Position numbers and translations under genes: made by a program | Part shown: piece by piece, positions 21,151 to 38,375 of the stretch | How positions within the stretch are numbered: position 1 is the stretch's first letter | Layout of the letters: each line of letters opens with the position of its first letter | The notes under the pieces: model-generated | Databases searched by the model: none | Told to the model about the DNA's origin: nothing | The model's input: the letters and a program-made list of their open reading frames with translations, nothing else | Source: Escherichia phage MLF4 | Reading direction: 5' to 3' (one strand) | Sequence record: NC_055780.1 | Length of the DNA: 64,000 bases

Positions 21151-22716
21151 TTAGATACCTTTAACATATACACGGCGGAAGTAAGCGTTTTTACCAAGGC
21201 TATTCAGAATAGAAGGCATACCGCTCTGGATGCGAGAAGCCGGAGCCTGAGCAGCGGATTCTGCAAATGGGTTGATACCGATACCGTAACGAGTTTTGAA
21301 CCCCATTACCGGTTGGAAGTTCTTCGGATCGGAACCACGCAGCGGAGTCAGAGCTACATATGGAGCATAGTAAATACCAGCATCCATTTCGTTCGGACCT
21401 TTATAACCTACAGTGAAATAATCCTGTTTAGCATACTGGTCGATATATACGCGGTATTTACCACCCAGAACACCAGCAAATACTGACTTGGTAGTATCAG
21501 TGTTAAAGCCGGTAGCCAGACCTTGTGCAGCATAAGAAATGCCGGTATCAACTGAAGCCAGAACGTTAACTACGTTACGGGAAGCGATAATGAAGTTACC
21601 TTCACCACGACCGGTCTGACGAGCAATTTCAACTGCTTCTTTGTCAATCTGGAACAACAGAGCTTTAAAGGATTCACCCGCCCAGCGAGCACCACGAATA
21701 TCGATTGGGTCCTGGAAGTCAAATACACCAGCTTTAGAACCCGGAGTCAGGGTCATACCAGATTTACCAACCTGCGCTGAGTAGTTAATCCAATCAACAA
21801 CTTCGCGGTTGATTTCCAGCATAATTTCGGTAGCCAGAATACCGGACAGTTCAGCATCAGCATCCATACCGTGAACAGCGCGAAGGTCTTGTGCTAATTC
21901 AATAGAGTAAGCAGCTTTCAGCTGACGAGATTTAGCTTCGATAACTTGTTTATCGATACGGAAGCCCATTTCATTCCATGGGTTATCGGTAGAACCGTTA
22001 AAACCTTCCTGAAGTTCAGCGATAGAAGTAGCCATACCTTCAGCGATTTCTACCAGTACACCTGCTTCCATTTGTTTCTTAATTTCAGCATCTAATTTAG
22101 CTGCATCATTTGCACTAGAATCAATTGTCACAACAGCTGAAGCTTGCAGATATACAGTACCGGTTTCCTGGAAGAAGTGAGTATAGATATCACCTACAAC
22201 AGTTTCAGTACTAGCAGCCAGAGCTGGGAATTTCTTAGCAGCACCCTGACCAGAGAACATTGCATCTGGACCATACATTGGGTGGAATGCTTCTTTAGCG
22301 CCGGAAGCGATTGGGTCTTTACCATATACTGCGCGCAGTGCGAATACCTGACCAGTCGGGCTGTTCATCGGCTGAACACCGCAAATATCGAAAGCAATCA
22401 GGTTAGGAATAGCACGACGTACCATACCCATAACAGCCGGGCCAATCTGGGTTACTGCGCCAGAAGTCTGACCTGCAGCGATGTTGGTAGCATTGTAACC
22501 GTGGTCACCACCAATTTCAGCTTCTGTTAAGAAAGAACCGAATGCCTGAGCAATTTTTTCGTCTTTATATTCCGGAGCTGTCTGGAAATCTTTTTCCTGG
22601 TTTTCAAAGATTTTAGCGATAATCGCTTGTTTGCTATTAGCAATTTCCGGTAAACCTTCACCTTCCAGTAATGGCTTCCATTTGTTCAAAAGTTCAGCTT
22701 TAGTTTTGATAGTCAT
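21151..22716 (-). CDS. 23: major capsid protein gp23
   Basis: 521 aa; matches recalled T4 gp23 (MTIKTKAELLNKWKPLLEGEG...). Confidence 0.97.
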   Translation of the reverse strand: MTIKTKAELLNKWKPLLEGEGLPEIANSKQAIIAKIFENQEKDFQTAPEYKDEKIAQAFGSFLTEAEIGGDHGYNATNIAAGQTSGAVTQIGPAVMGMVRRAIPNLIAFDICGVQPMNSPTGQVFALRAVYGKDPIASGAKEAFHPMYGPDAMFSGQGAAKKFPALAASTETVVGDIYTHFFQETGTVYLQASAVVTIDSSANDAAKLDAEIKKQMEAGVLVEIAEGMATSIAELQEGFNGSTDNPWNEMGFRIDKQVIEAKSRQLKAAYSIELAQDLRAVHGMDADAELSGILATEIMLEINREVVDWINYSAQVGKSGMTLTPGSKAGVFDFQDPIDIRGARWAGESFKALLFQIDKEAVEIARQTGRGEGNFIIASRNVVNVLASVDTGISYAAQGLATGFNTDTTKSVFAGVLGGKYRVYIDQYAKQDYFTVGYKGPNEMDAGIYYAPYVALTPLRGSDPKNFQPVMGFKTRYGIGINPFAESAAQAPASRIQSGMPSILNSLGKNAYFRRVYVKGI

Positions 22717-22734
22717 TTGTGTTAACCTTTAAAA

Positions 22735-23544
22735 TTAGAAACGAGATGCGACTTTCGCATATACACTTACAATATCTTCTGCACCTTGTGCAGATTTATC
22801 TTCTACAGCTTCAGTGACGAAATTCAGTCCGGCTGCTTCAGTATCAGGAGTATTTATACTCTCAGTAATAGTGCTTTCATCTTTATTAGATTTCTTCACC
22901 ATTTCTACGATTGCACTCAATTTACTTGAGAATGCATCTGAATAATCAATACCTTCGACCAGAGCAGAGACTTTTTCTTTTTGAGACTCAGTCAGATCTT
23001 TAGTACTTTCGCTCAATGCCACTTCACGCTGCACATAATTGATATATGCGTCACGCTTATTGAGTTCTTCGAACAGACGAGCTGATTCTTCTTTGTGTTC
23101 TTGCAGTTCTTCTTCCATTTCAGCTACAACATCAACTGATTCTTCTGGAACAACAACGTTGTGTTCAACGAAGAGCTCTTTCAATCCACCAAGCATGGAT
23201 TCAAACAGTTCGGCTTTGATGCCTTTATCTACTGCTAATTTATTTTCAGTGAGCCATTCTTTTGCAAGATGGTCAAGGAATTTAGAAGCTTGCTCAGCGA
23301 TTTTCTTCTCAGCTTTTTCTTCTGCTTCTTCTTTATTTTTTTCTACTTCTTCTTCTGCTTTTTCAGCAATTTTAGCGATATGAGATTCAGCTAATTTAAC
23401 GGCGTGCTGCTTGACGGTAGCTTCGAATACAGTGCCGAAAGTTTCTTTTGCTTCCGGAGAAATATTAACTGATTCGAAAATACTATCAAGAGCAACGGAA
23501 GCATCAATTTTCTGCGCTTCGGCAATCAGTTGTTCTTTAAGCAT
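22735..23544 (-). CDS. 22: prohead core scaffold protein gp22
   Basis: 269 aa as in T4 gp22; highly acidic/helical. Confidence 0.85.
   Translation of the reverse strand: MLKEQLIAEAQKIDASVALDSIFESVNISPEAKETFGTVFEATVKQHAVKLAESHIAKIAEKAEEEVEKNKEEAEEKAEKKIAEQASKFLDHLAKEWLTENKLAVDKGIKAELFESMLGGLKELFVEHNVVVPEESVDVVAEMEEELQEHKEESARLFEELNKRDAYINYVQREVALSESTKDLTESQKEKVSALVEGIDYSDAFSSKLSAIVEMVKKSNKDESTITESINTPDTEAAGLNFVTEAVEDKSAQGAEDIVSVYAKVASRF
22851..22858 (-). promoter_or_regulatory. candidate late promoter TATAAATA for gene 23 (inside gene 22 3' end)
   Basis: plus-strand TATTTATA about 135 nt upstream of gp23 ATG; only match in the region. Confidence 0.4.
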
Positions 23545-23571
23545 TTTGTAGTCCTGTTGTTTAGATAATAA

Positions 23572-23579
23572 TATTTATA
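23572..23579 (-). promoter_or_regulatory. late promoter TATAAATA (gene 22)
   Basis: plus-strand TATTTATA 28 nt upstream of ATG at 23544, overlapping gp21 stop. Confidence 0.65.
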
Positions 23580-24213
23580 ACGCTTTTTTCATGGCCTCTG
23601 CGAGAGCCATATAGGCGTCATCGGCACTTGTATCGGCTTCCGCCGTCTGTGATTCGGTAATTTCCTTAGGAGTTACCCATGCATCTGGAGCACTTGGACC
23701 CCATACTGCATCAACACCTACAGTTAATTTGAATCCTTCGTTTACGATACGATAACCTTTATTTGTGTCAGTCAATGAACCTAATCCACGAGAAGAAACT
23801 CCTGGAATCCATCCGGCACGAATATTAGCTGCTAATTTATCTCCAGGACCATGGTCACCTTCAATAACACGAGCTCGTCCGTATACGTCATTTCCTTTCC
23901 ACCACATATCTTCTATAATGATAGCGGCTTGCATCGGGTCAACATTAGCGCGTGGAGGATGATTTAATTCTCCGAGAGCTTGTTTAGTTAAAACTTGCTC
24001 ATTAATATAGTCTTTTACCGCTTTTTCTAATATGCGTTTTGGATAAAGACGTTTATTTCTATTGACGACTTCCGCTTGCATAAATATTCCTTCGATGTAT
24101 AAACCAGGTTTTAAACCTAAGTCTTTTCCATCATGAGATTCAAGCATTGGTACGCCATCAATAATTTCGCCAGGTTGACCCCAAGTTTCAATTAGTAATT
24201 GGGGTTCATTCAT
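23575..24213 (-). CDS. 21: prohead core protease gp21
   Basis: 212 aa as in T4 gp21; synteny. Confidence 0.9.
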   Translation of the reverse strand: MNEPQLLIETWGQPGEIIDGVPMLESHDGKDLGLKPGLYIEGIFMQAEVVNRNKRLYPKRILEKAVKDYINEQVLTKQALGELNHPPRANVDPMQAAIIIEDMWWKGNDVYGRARVIEGDHGPGDKLAANIRAGWIPGVSSRGLGSLTDTNKGYRIVNEGFKLTVGVDAVWGPSAPDAWVTPKEITESQTAEADTSADDAYMALAEAMKKAL

Positions 24214-24638
24214 TAGCTTAATCCTAATGCTTTACGGCGTTTAAGAGCTTTTTTACGCTTACGCTGAGCACGAGATTGACCTGCTGGATTGGCAATCTTC
24301 GTTTTGGTAGCTTTACGAGCAATTTGTCTACGTTTTGCTTTAGACAACCCGGTAGTTTGAAATGCATTACGTTCGCGGGTTTTGCGATCTTTAGTGCGAG
24401 TAATTTCACCACGGGCAGAAACATGTTTAACGATGAATTCATTTAACGGCATATTTTCATTAATAGAAGCTAATGCAACCGCTAAATCAGTTTCATCATC
24501 AAGCATATTCTCGATAATTTTATTTATATCGTCTTTATTTAAAGCAGAAGACAACTCGTCAAAGCGACCCTGTGCTTCAGGAATAAGTGCTTCGACATTC
24601 TCGAGAACTAATTCATGAGTTTCAGGGATTAGAATCAT
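24213..24638 (-). CDS. 68: prohead core protein gp68
   Basis: 141 aa; basic C-terminus; position between 67 and 21. Confidence 0.75.
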   Translation of the reverse strand: MILIPETHELVLENVEALIPEAQGRFDELSSALNKDDINKIIENMLDDETDLAVALASINENMPLNEFIVKHVSARGEITRTKDRKTRERNAFQTTGLSKAKRRQIARKATKTKIANPAGQSRAQRKRKKALKRRKALGLS

Positions 24639-24876
24639 TATTCATCATCCTCGTCTTCGTCAGAGTCTTTGTCTTTTTTGTCGTCTTTATCATCGCTATC
24701 TTCGTCATCATCTTCATCTTCATCTTCAGGTTCTTCACCTTCGATTAAGAAATTACGAGCGATAGTGATTTTTTCTTCTTTGATTAAATCAGTCGTTCTT
24801 GCAGCCATGGCTTCAGCAAATAATTTACGAGCGGCTACGAGGTCGTTTGATTTAATAGCTTCAATTAAACCTTCCA

Positions 24877-24877
<1 letters not shown>
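24638..24877 (-). CDS. 67: prohead core protein gp67
   Basis: 79 aa with poly-acidic C-terminal tail ([16 protein letters not shown]...); position as in T4. Confidence 0.75.
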
Positions 24878-26502
<1,625 letters not shown>

Positions 26503-26534
26503 TTAAGCAGGATGGGGATTTCTCCCCATTCATT

Positions 26535-27026
26535 TTATTCCCAATAATCGAGAGCAAGAGTTACTTCAAAGGTTTGGATTTCATTGTTTGAATCCCAATC
26601 TAATTGAAGTTCACCCACGTTAGTAGGCCACAGACCTTTAATTTCAATTTCTTTTGTTACTGTTTTAGCATCACGAGCATATTGACGAACAATAGCGCTC
26701 TTTTTATACTCTGCAGGTTTTCCACCAGTAATTTCGTTTCCTTGACCAGCAGCAATGCTTTGCCAATCAACAAACTTCTGACGAGCATCATGAGCTTCAT
26801 CATTCATCACTGTAACAGTCCAGTCATCGAATGTACGATCGCCTGCCACGTTAATTTTACGGTTCATAAATCCGACTGGAATTTTTTCTACAATACCAGC
26901 TGGTAAAGCAGTGGCTTTACATTGGAACGTAAAATTTTGTCCAAGATAAGAAATTTCTACTTGGAATAAGTTAGGTCGAGCAAAATCACCAGATTCAAAC
27001 GCTCGTGTTACATCATCTACAAACAT
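26535..27026 (-). CDS. 19: tail tube protein gp19
   Basis: 163 aa as in T4 gp19; synteny with gp18. Confidence 0.9.
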   Translation of the reverse strand: MFVDDVTRAFESGDFARPNLFQVEISYLGQNFTFQCKATALPAGIVEKIPVGFMNRKINVAGDRTFDDWTVTVMNDEAHDARQKFVDWQSIAAGQGNEITGGKPAEYKKSAIVRQYARDAKTVTKEIEIKGLWPTNVGELQLDWDSNNEIQTFEVTLALDYWE

Positions 27027-27099
27027 ATTAGCCTCTGTAGTATTTATATCCCTATGTTTAACCTAGGGCATATAGAATTAAAGAATTAAGGATATAGTG

Positions 27100-27107
27100 T
27101 ATTTATA
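27100..27107 (-). promoter_or_regulatory. late promoter TATAAATA (gene 19); second copy at 27041..27048
   Basis: two plus-strand TATTTATA matches 15 and 74 nt upstream of gp19 ATG; distal one directly follows hairpin GGCCTG-CCGAAA-CAGGCC (27109..27126). Confidence 0.6.
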
Positions 27108-27133
27108 TGGCCTGCCGAAACAGGCCTTTAGAA

Positions 27134-27778
27134 TCATTCTAGTAAATCCCAAAGATCTACGCTATTTCTTTTTGACTTTTCTCGGTTAGATTCCCAAGTG
27201 ATTATTTCTAAATTTTTTACACTTGCTATAATTTCCGGCGGAATTAAATTATCAAATCCATATTTGATAGATACTTTATGATCGAGTTGATAAGCACCTT
27301 CTACGCCGCACATTCCTATTTTATCAGCATTCGGCCATTTTGACCAGATTTTTCTTATTTTAGCTGACTTAGTTATAGAATGAACTCTACTAGCATATAA
27401 TGCAAACTCTTTTCTTTTGCCAGTCCATCGAGGATGTTTATCACCTCTTTGCCATGGTCTGCTTATTCCAGATTGAACTTCCGAATTTTTAATAGAAACT
27501 TGTTTAATGCTACATTTTCTACATGCATGTGTGGGTGTTCTATTTAAAAGTTGAATGCTTCTACTAAATTTAGTACCACACAAATCACATTTAGCGTCAA
27601 CTATTTTATTACTATTCTTTGGCATTAATTCTATTGGAACAGATACTGTATCATGATATGATACTTTATATCCCAGAATTGTCGACCACATTTTTGAATG
27701 ATTTCTTGGTTTTATTGTAACAAACTTAGAAATAATCACTTGTTTCCTCGAGAATAGGGGCCGAAGCCCCATAATCAA
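27134..27778 (-). CDS. freestanding HNH-family homing endonuclease (putative)
   Basis: 214-aa ORF inserted between genes 18 and 19; Cys pairs CDLC...CRKC (zinc-finger-like) and C-terminal AYQLDHKVSIKYGFDN...NLEIITWESNREK resembling an HNH/HNN core; start codon uncertain. Confidence 0.6.
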   Translation of the reverse strand: MIMGLRPLFSRKQVIISKFVTIKPRNHSKMWSTILGYKVSYHDTVSVPIELMPKNSNKIVDAKCDLCGTKFSRSIQLLNRTPTHACRKCSIKQVSIKNSEVQSGISRPWQRGDKHPRWTGKRKEFALYASRVHSITKSAKIRKIWSKWPNADKIGMCGVEGAYQLDHKVSIKYGFDNLIPPEIIASVKNLEIITWESNREKSKRNSVDLWDLLE

Positions 27779-29758
27779 TTAACCTGCAAGACCAGTTAAC
27801 TCATCAAAATCTGCACCGGTAGCAGTTGCGACGAAATTAAGTTGGATATAATTTATACTACGAGCCGGTTGGATGTAGAATGTTGCAACAAACTCATTTC
27901 TATCAATTACTGACGGAGTGTTATTTGTTGTATCGCAAACTACACGATATTCATAAATTCCACCGAGAGCTTTAATTCCCTGTAAGTACTGGGCAGTTTC
28001 TGTGCGGAATGATGAACGAGTAAACGCATTGTTTAATTCGAACAAACGATATTTTGAACTACGTCCGATATTCGTTTTCAACATATTAAACAGACGACGA
28101 ACGTTAATACGATCAAATGGAGAAGGAACAGAAGTAGCTGTTTTATCACCATACAATACGTAACCATCACCACCTGTACCAGTTACCGGGTTGATAGCTT
28201 CTTGGTATAAACGGTCGCGCTGAGCCTGGCGAGTTTCAATAGCAAGTTTAATAACGTTAAGAATCTGGCCACGATTATAACCAGCTGGAGACATCCAAGT
28301 CTGAGAAACGTTATCGGTTCTCGCGCATAAACCAGCAATATCAGCTGCTAATGGAACCCAACGATTCACATCATTATATTTGTCATACTGATATTTGTAG
28401 TTGCCATCGATTGCTGCATAGGTTGAACTGATATTAAAGTTATTATCAGTGTATGAACCTGCTGCAGTTCTCCAATTGACTAAGTTATCAACAGCACGGG
28501 TTACAGGAATTCCAACTACAGTTTCACGCGGTGGTGAGCACAATACTAAGCAATCCTGGCGAGCATCACCAATTGAAACGACGTGTTTTTGGACAGTAGA
28601 TGCTGTTTCTAAAGATTCACCAGCACAAGAACCCGCAATAAACAGTTGAACGTCAACAGATTCACGGTCAGCAAAGAAGTCCCAAGCTTCCATCAAATCT
28701 CCTGCTGTTACTTCAGCATTTGATGATAATCCACCAGACAGAGTTAAAATTCCAGAGAAGCCTTCTGGCCAGTTTTGTGCAGTTGCAAAAATATATTCTG
28801 AGCCGCCTTTTGCGAAAAAGTCATCGATATAGATGTTACTATCGTAAATATCTTTTTCGCCACGCTTAGTTGAAAGAACAACGCTTTGAACAATAGCATC
28901 ATTACGACGAACTATAATAGCGTACTGTGAATCAGTTTGTGGTCCGTATCCAAACACCGCTTTAGCAGTAGATGCACGAGTACCACCACCTGGATAAATT
29001 GGGAGTAATGCAGAAGCGCCTTTCGCATAGTCAGCTTTAGATACGATTTCAATTTCAATTTTATCGCCTAATTCGCCTGGATAGAGAGCTACTACTCCTG
29101 GAATTCCATATTTTTCAAGATTTGCCTGAAAATCAACTGCTGTCATAGCAGTTTCAGCGCTCTCGATTTCAGCTAATAAAATACCGGAATCAGTAATAAT
29201 TTTTCCAAGAGTTATTACTGCAGCTAAACCGGAAGAAGATGAAGAAATTTCTGCAGTCCAGCTAGAACCTAATGCTGGGTATTCGCCAACTTCTTTAGCT
29301 TTAGCAATAATTTTTGCAGTAGGAATATTAATTTTCTTAATTTTTCCATCTGCGTCTACTTCAGTAATTTTACCTTCAGTTTCAATATCATCTGAAACAT
29401 ATTTGACCGTGATTTTATCTCCAACTGCATAGTTACTACCTGGGGTAGAAATTGTGTATTCAATATTACCAGCAATTGGCGATGAGTTTTTAGCGGTATC
29501 TCTATCAACAGCACGAACTACTCGTAAGTCATTTCCGTACTGCAAGAAATTCATCGCAGACATAAAGTAGTCAGCTGTTTCAGCGGTTGGTTGACCAAAA
29601 GTATTAACTAAATCTACTTCATTTGTAACCTGTTTAATCTGAAAAGCAGGACCCCACTGGAATTTACCGGCCAAAGCTGCTGTACCAGTAGAGTTATTAA
29701 CCACGGTGCTTTGAACCGTAGTTTCTTTGAGCTCAATGCCCGGAGATAATAAAGTCAT
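27779..29758 (-). CDS. 18: tail sheath protein gp18
   Basis: 659 aa, identical length to T4 gp18; late promoter upstream. Confidence 0.95.
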   Translation of the reverse strand: MTLLSPGIELKETTVQSTVVNNSTGTAALAGKFQWGPAFQIKQVTNEVDLVNTFGQPTAETADYFMSAMNFLQYGNDLRVVRAVDRDTAKNSSPIAGNIEYTISTPGSNYAVGDKITVKYVSDDIETEGKITEVDADGKIKKINIPTAKIIAKAKEVGEYPALGSSWTAEISSSSSGLAAVITLGKIITDSGILLAEIESAETAMTAVDFQANLEKYGIPGVVALYPGELGDKIEIEIVSKADYAKGASALLPIYPGGGTRASTAKAVFGYGPQTDSQYAIIVRRNDAIVQSVVLSTKRGEKDIYDSNIYIDDFFAKGGSEYIFATAQNWPEGFSGILTLSGGLSSNAEVTAGDLMEAWDFFADRESVDVQLFIAGSCAGESLETASTVQKHVVSIGDARQDCLVLCSPPRETVVGIPVTRAVDNLVNWRTAAGSYTDNNFNISSTYAAIDGNYKYQYDKYNDVNRWVPLAADIAGLCARTDNVSQTWMSPAGYNRGQILNVIKLAIETRQAQRDRLYQEAINPVTGTGGDGYVLYGDKTATSVPSPFDRINVRRLFNMLKTNIGRSSKYRLFELNNAFTRSSFRTETAQYLQGIKALGGIYEYRVVCDTTNNTPSVIDRNEFVATFYIQPARSINYIQLNFVATATGADFDELTGLAG

Positions 29759-29786
29759 TTTTAATCCTCTTTAATATGCTTTAATA

Positions 29787-32927
<3,141 letters not shown>

Positions 32928-32968
32928 GATTTCTCCTAATCTGGGCTTTAATTAGTTTATAATATTTA

Positions 32969-34670
<1,702 letters not shown>

Positions 34671-34701
34671 TTAAAATCCTTTAGGGCCTTGCGGCCCCAT
34701 G

Positions 34702-36159
34702 TTATGCTGGTGATAAAAAGGTAGAAAGCAATACCCATTCGCCGTCTTTACGAACGTAAGCTTGACCATCTTTTGGAGCTTCAGGAATATAACCAGCTTC
34801 TTGTAAAGTCTGGACATCCCTCTGTAATGAGGACACATTACCTTTAATACTACGAATCTCTTGATTAATTGAAGAAATGTTAGTCTCATTAGCTTTTATT
34901 GAATTAGTCAATCCGCGTTCTTCGACAGTTGAACCATTCGGATTTGTTCCATTTACTAATTTATTTAGTGTTACAACTTGCCCTTTAATTCCGGAATTGT
35001 TATTACCAATTTCAACCTGTAAGTTTTGAACATCATTGTTAAGTCTATTAACAGAGGTTTCAACTGTTGAAACTCTATTTAAAAGAGACCCCGGAGGAGA
35101 AGGTTGACCTCCGCTAGAATCAGTTCCAACTATCTGATTTAGCCATGAAACGTTAGCTCTTAAACCGGACGAGGTGTTTTCACCTACAATTCCATTTAAA
35201 GATTCAATAGAAGTGGTATTATCTTTAATTTGACCTTTAATACTAGAAGGAATATCATCTGAACCAATCGATGTTTCAATAACAGTTAATCGCTGTTTAA
35301 CGCCGCCACTTTTATTTAGTTCATCATTTAAAGCTGAAATTTCTTGACTATTGACATTGACATCTGTGATTATTGAAGTATTTCCTGGATATCCAATAGA
35401 AGTTTTGATAGATTTAATTTCGGAACTAAGATTAATCTGCGATTGATCTAAATTATGCATACGTGAATATATGCTTTCACTAAATGAAGATGGTCTTTGT
35501 CCAAGTTCTTGTCTAAGATTTCCAACTTCAATTGTCAGTGAACCTACATCAGATTCAATAAATTTTTCTTCCAAATCACTTAGACGTATTCCTTGGGAAG
35601 TTATAGCATCTGTATTATTAATGATACGGTGCTTCATACCCGTGCTGCTATTTCCTACAACAGGAAGACCATTAATATCTTGTCCAGCATATTGCCCTAA
35701 TTCTCTTTTAATCCATAACAAATCATTTCGAACTGTTCTATAAACTGAATTTGCGTGTTCATTAAATGGACCTATATCAGAAAGAATGCGGTCAACAGTG
35801 GCATTTGTACCATTTAATATATCAGTGTGTTCATTCGTAAGCGTCTTTAAATTTGATATGTCATTTTTATTAACGCTAATCTGTGATAGTGCTTCGATAT
35901 CTCCAGATACATCCAAAATGCCTTGAATTGTTTTAATATCTTCCTGTGATGTTTCAACGGCAGTTTTAAGAATTCCTATATTTTCATCAAGAACCTCAAC
36001 ATTTTTAAATACGGACACAGTTGGTCTATTCATTGATCCATCGTTTCCATACTTAGTACTAGCTCCTAGTATTTCTTCACCATTTTTAATCCATGAAATA
36101 CGCTCCTGACCTTCGTCAGGAACGCTATCAACAAAAGGTAAATCTTTTAATTCAATCAT
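34702..36159 (-). CDS. wac: fibritin (whisker antigen control)
   Basis: 485 aa coiled-coil protein ending in the foldon sequence [27 protein letters not shown]. Confidence 0.92.
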   Translation of the reverse strand: MIELKDLPFVDSVPDEGQERISWIKNGEEILGASTKYGNDGSMNRPTVSVFKNVEVLDENIGILKTAVETSQEDIKTIQGILDVSGDIEALSQISVNKNDISNLKTLTNEHTDILNGTNATVDRILSDIGPFNEHANSVYRTVRNDLLWIKRELGQYAGQDINGLPVVGNSSTGMKHRIINNTDAITSQGIRLSDLEEKFIESDVGSLTIEVGNLRQELGQRPSSFSESIYSRMHNLDQSQINLSSEIKSIKTSIGYPGNTSIITDVNVNSQEISALNDELNKSGGVKQRLTVIETSIGSDDIPSSIKGQIKDNTTSIESLNGIVGENTSSGLRANVSWLNQIVGTDSSGGQPSPPGSLLNRVSTVETSVNRLNNDVQNLQVEIGNNNSGIKGQVVTLNKLVNGTNPNGSTVEERGLTNSIKANETNISSINQEIRSIKGNVSSLQRDVQTLQEAGYIPEAPKDGQAYVRKDGEWVLLSTFLSPA

Positions 36160-36168
36160 TTGTAATCC

Positions 36169-37719
36169 TTAGTAATGAATTTTAATAATATAGTTTAATG
36201 ATATATTCCATGGTCTAGTTTCATAACCAATTAATCCTTCACGATTAAGTGTACCAAGGGCATCTCTCGGTCCACCTAATTCAAATCCATCATTAGTGAA
36301 GTATGAAGCATTATCCCAGTCGGCATATTTTCTAGTTCCAAGATATCCTTGATAAACGGACGCGCCAAATGGAGCTTCATGTCTTTGATATTCTCCCCAA
36401 CCACCAGCATGTTTATGGTATGACATCTGTTGTGCTTGAACACCGCCAACATGCATTCCGTCACATCCTACACCAAGTCTATCCTTCCCATAGCCATCTT
36501 GTCCTCGTTGATTTAAAATATGACCGCCCGTGCCAGCTCCTCTGACGAAAAGACCTCGCATATCAGGAATACCAGGGTTATTCCAATCACCACCAAATCT
36601 TGTTCCAACCGTGTTTCTATAATCAGGATATTGATCTCCTGACACGGTTCCGCCGTGGCACATAATCCAACCTGGAGGTGCTGAATCACCCGCAAACATC
36701 ATAATAGTTCCAACCGGAACCCGTTCGGACGCATATCTTTCAGTGGCAACAGGCTGATCGCCATTTTTCCACATTCCGCCGCGCGACCAAATTCCATTTG
36801 CCGTGAGATGGTCTAAATTTAAAGAACCATTAATAGTTTGTCCACCACGAGTATTAATTACATCTGCGTTCCAGGCTAATGCCCCAGAGCTATCACCTTC
36901 AGGGGCAATACCGGCTTGCGTCGTTAATTTTACTACCCCACGCATAGAACCGGTAGCTCCTCGACCATTTAGTGTTTCACCTGTTACTGCAACATCTCCC
37001 AAATTACTGTTAATTTCTGATTGTGTTCCTAAACGTATAACACCCTTATATTCTTGTGTTGCAACAGAATTCATAAAGGTATACGGAGAAATTGCATATC
37101 CTTCGCGGAGAGTTCCTTGACGAGTTTGAGCGACAGTTGATAACTGAACTACACCTCTAACAGATTCTGATGCTGTGTCTTCTGAAGGAGCTATTTGCGA
37201 AATTAATTTTATTGCGAGTTTTTGGGTTTTCAACGGAGTCATCGCCGTAGTATCATCTATACCAGCCAAAGCCGCAGGAGTAGATGATATTTTAATAACT
37301 CCATTTGATGATTCAGATGAATACCTATTTTGGAATACATCGTCAGTATGGTATTTCAGTTTTTGCGGCGTTATTGATGAATTATTATCTGAGCCTTCTA
37401 AAGTTTCTTCATTTGTTGAATAGCGCGTTAACCCATATTTAGTTTCAGTAGCATTTGGATACAATAATCTTGTTGCTAATGTAGCTGGTGTAACGATTTT
37501 AGAATTATTAGTTCCATCTAAAACCTCTTGCTCCGATGCAATCATTGCTATTCCTTTAACTTCCATAGTTGCATCAGGAATACCATTTACGCCGATATTA
37601 CTTATTTTTGATAATGCTGACTGCACTGTCGTGACAGTGTCAGGAAAATTCGATCCTGCAGGATCGAATTTAACGTATTTCGATTCATTTGATACGTGCT
37701 GATATGTATTGTTACTCAT
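36169..37719 (-). CDS. 12: short tail fibre gp12
   Basis: 516 aa; position between wac and 11; Gly/Ser-rich beta-structure-like sequence. Confidence 0.85.
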   Translation of the reverse strand: MSNNTYQHVSNESKYVKFDPAGSNFPDTVTTVQSALSKISNIGVNGIPDATMEVKGIAMIASEQEVLDGTNNSKIVTPATLATRLLYPNATETKYGLTRYSTNEETLEGSDNNSSITPQKLKYHTDDVFQNRYSSESSNGVIKISSTPAALAGIDDTTAMTPLKTQKLAIKLISQIAPSEDTASESVRGVVQLSTVAQTRQGTLREGYAISPYTFMNSVATQEYKGVIRLGTQSEINSNLGDVAVTGETLNGRGATGSMRGVVKLTTQAGIAPEGDSSGALAWNADVINTRGGQTINGSLNLDHLTANGIWSRGGMWKNGDQPVATERYASERVPVGTIMMFAGDSAPPGWIMCHGGTVSGDQYPDYRNTVGTRFGGDWNNPGIPDMRGLFVRGAGTGGHILNQRGQDGYGKDRLGVGCDGMHVGGVQAQQMSYHKHAGGWGEYQRHEAPFGASVYQGYLGTRKYADWDNASYFTNDGFELGGPRDALGTLNREGLIGYETRPWNISLNYIIKIHY

Positions 37720-38375
37720 GCTATTCTCTCAAAATAATAAAATACTGTAGGTTGGGTGTGACTATCTAGCGTAACAGTTTGCGCACCTAATAATTGCCAA
37801 GTTCCATACCCAGGTTTAGAAGGAGAAATTATTTCCTGTTTGAAAGTAATTCCTTTATCAGAGTATTGTTCTAAGATATGTTCTTGGTTATCTAAATACT
37901 TAACTTGTATTTTATTTCCTATGGTAGGATGGTCTTCAAATGAATCAATTGCAATAAATTTTGCAACCATTTCCTGTAGAGCTGTTCTAACGGCACTGGT
38001 AAATTCGATTGAAGTCATTCCATTAGTAGCTTTAACAGGAATGCCAAACATATTAACAATAACTGGGTCACCTGGTTTGGCTGAAGTATCAGTAACAGTT
38101 CCTTCAAATGACCAATAGTCTGTTTGCTGCACGCCAGTAGGAGATACGCCACTTATATTAACTAATACAGCTCCAACCTGTTGCTCTGCCATATTTCTAA
38201 CATCATTGATAGCAGATTCTACATTTGGGTCATAAAAACCTTTTGCTATTTGTGAAATTGTTACAGCACCTACTGGCTGATTATTCATAACCGAAATATC
38301 ATTTTTCTTAGTTCTAAAACCAAGAAAATCTGCTAAGCGGGAAATAACTCCCGCTTTATTATTAAGTAAACTCAT
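37716..38375 (-). CDS. 11: baseplate wedge / short-fibre attachment gp11
   Basis: 219 aa from ATG at 38375 (track ORF extends 6 codons upstream); start overlaps gp10 stop. Confidence 0.8.
   Translation of the reverse strand: MSLLNNKAGVISRLADFLGFRTKKNDISVMNNQPVGAVTISQIAKGFYDPNVESAINDVRNMAEQQVGAVLVNISGVSPTGVQQTDYWSFEGTVTDTSAKPGDPVIVNMFGIPVKATNGMTSIEFTSAVRTALQEMVAKFIAIDSFEDHPTIGNKIQVKYLDNQEHILEQYSDKGITFKQEIISPSKPGYGTWQLLGAQTVTLDSHTQPTVFYYFERIA

Noticed and set aside
27134-27778. Group I intron carrying the HNH ORF
   Set aside because: Genes 18 and 19 are separate complete genes with their own signals, so the endonuclease is freestanding; no intron-like conserved P-element pairing was recognised by eye.
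34671-34889. 72-aa minus-strand ORF overlapping the 3' end of wac
   Set aside because: Lies in another frame of the fibritin gene and spans the gene 13/wac junction hairpin; no independent start signals.
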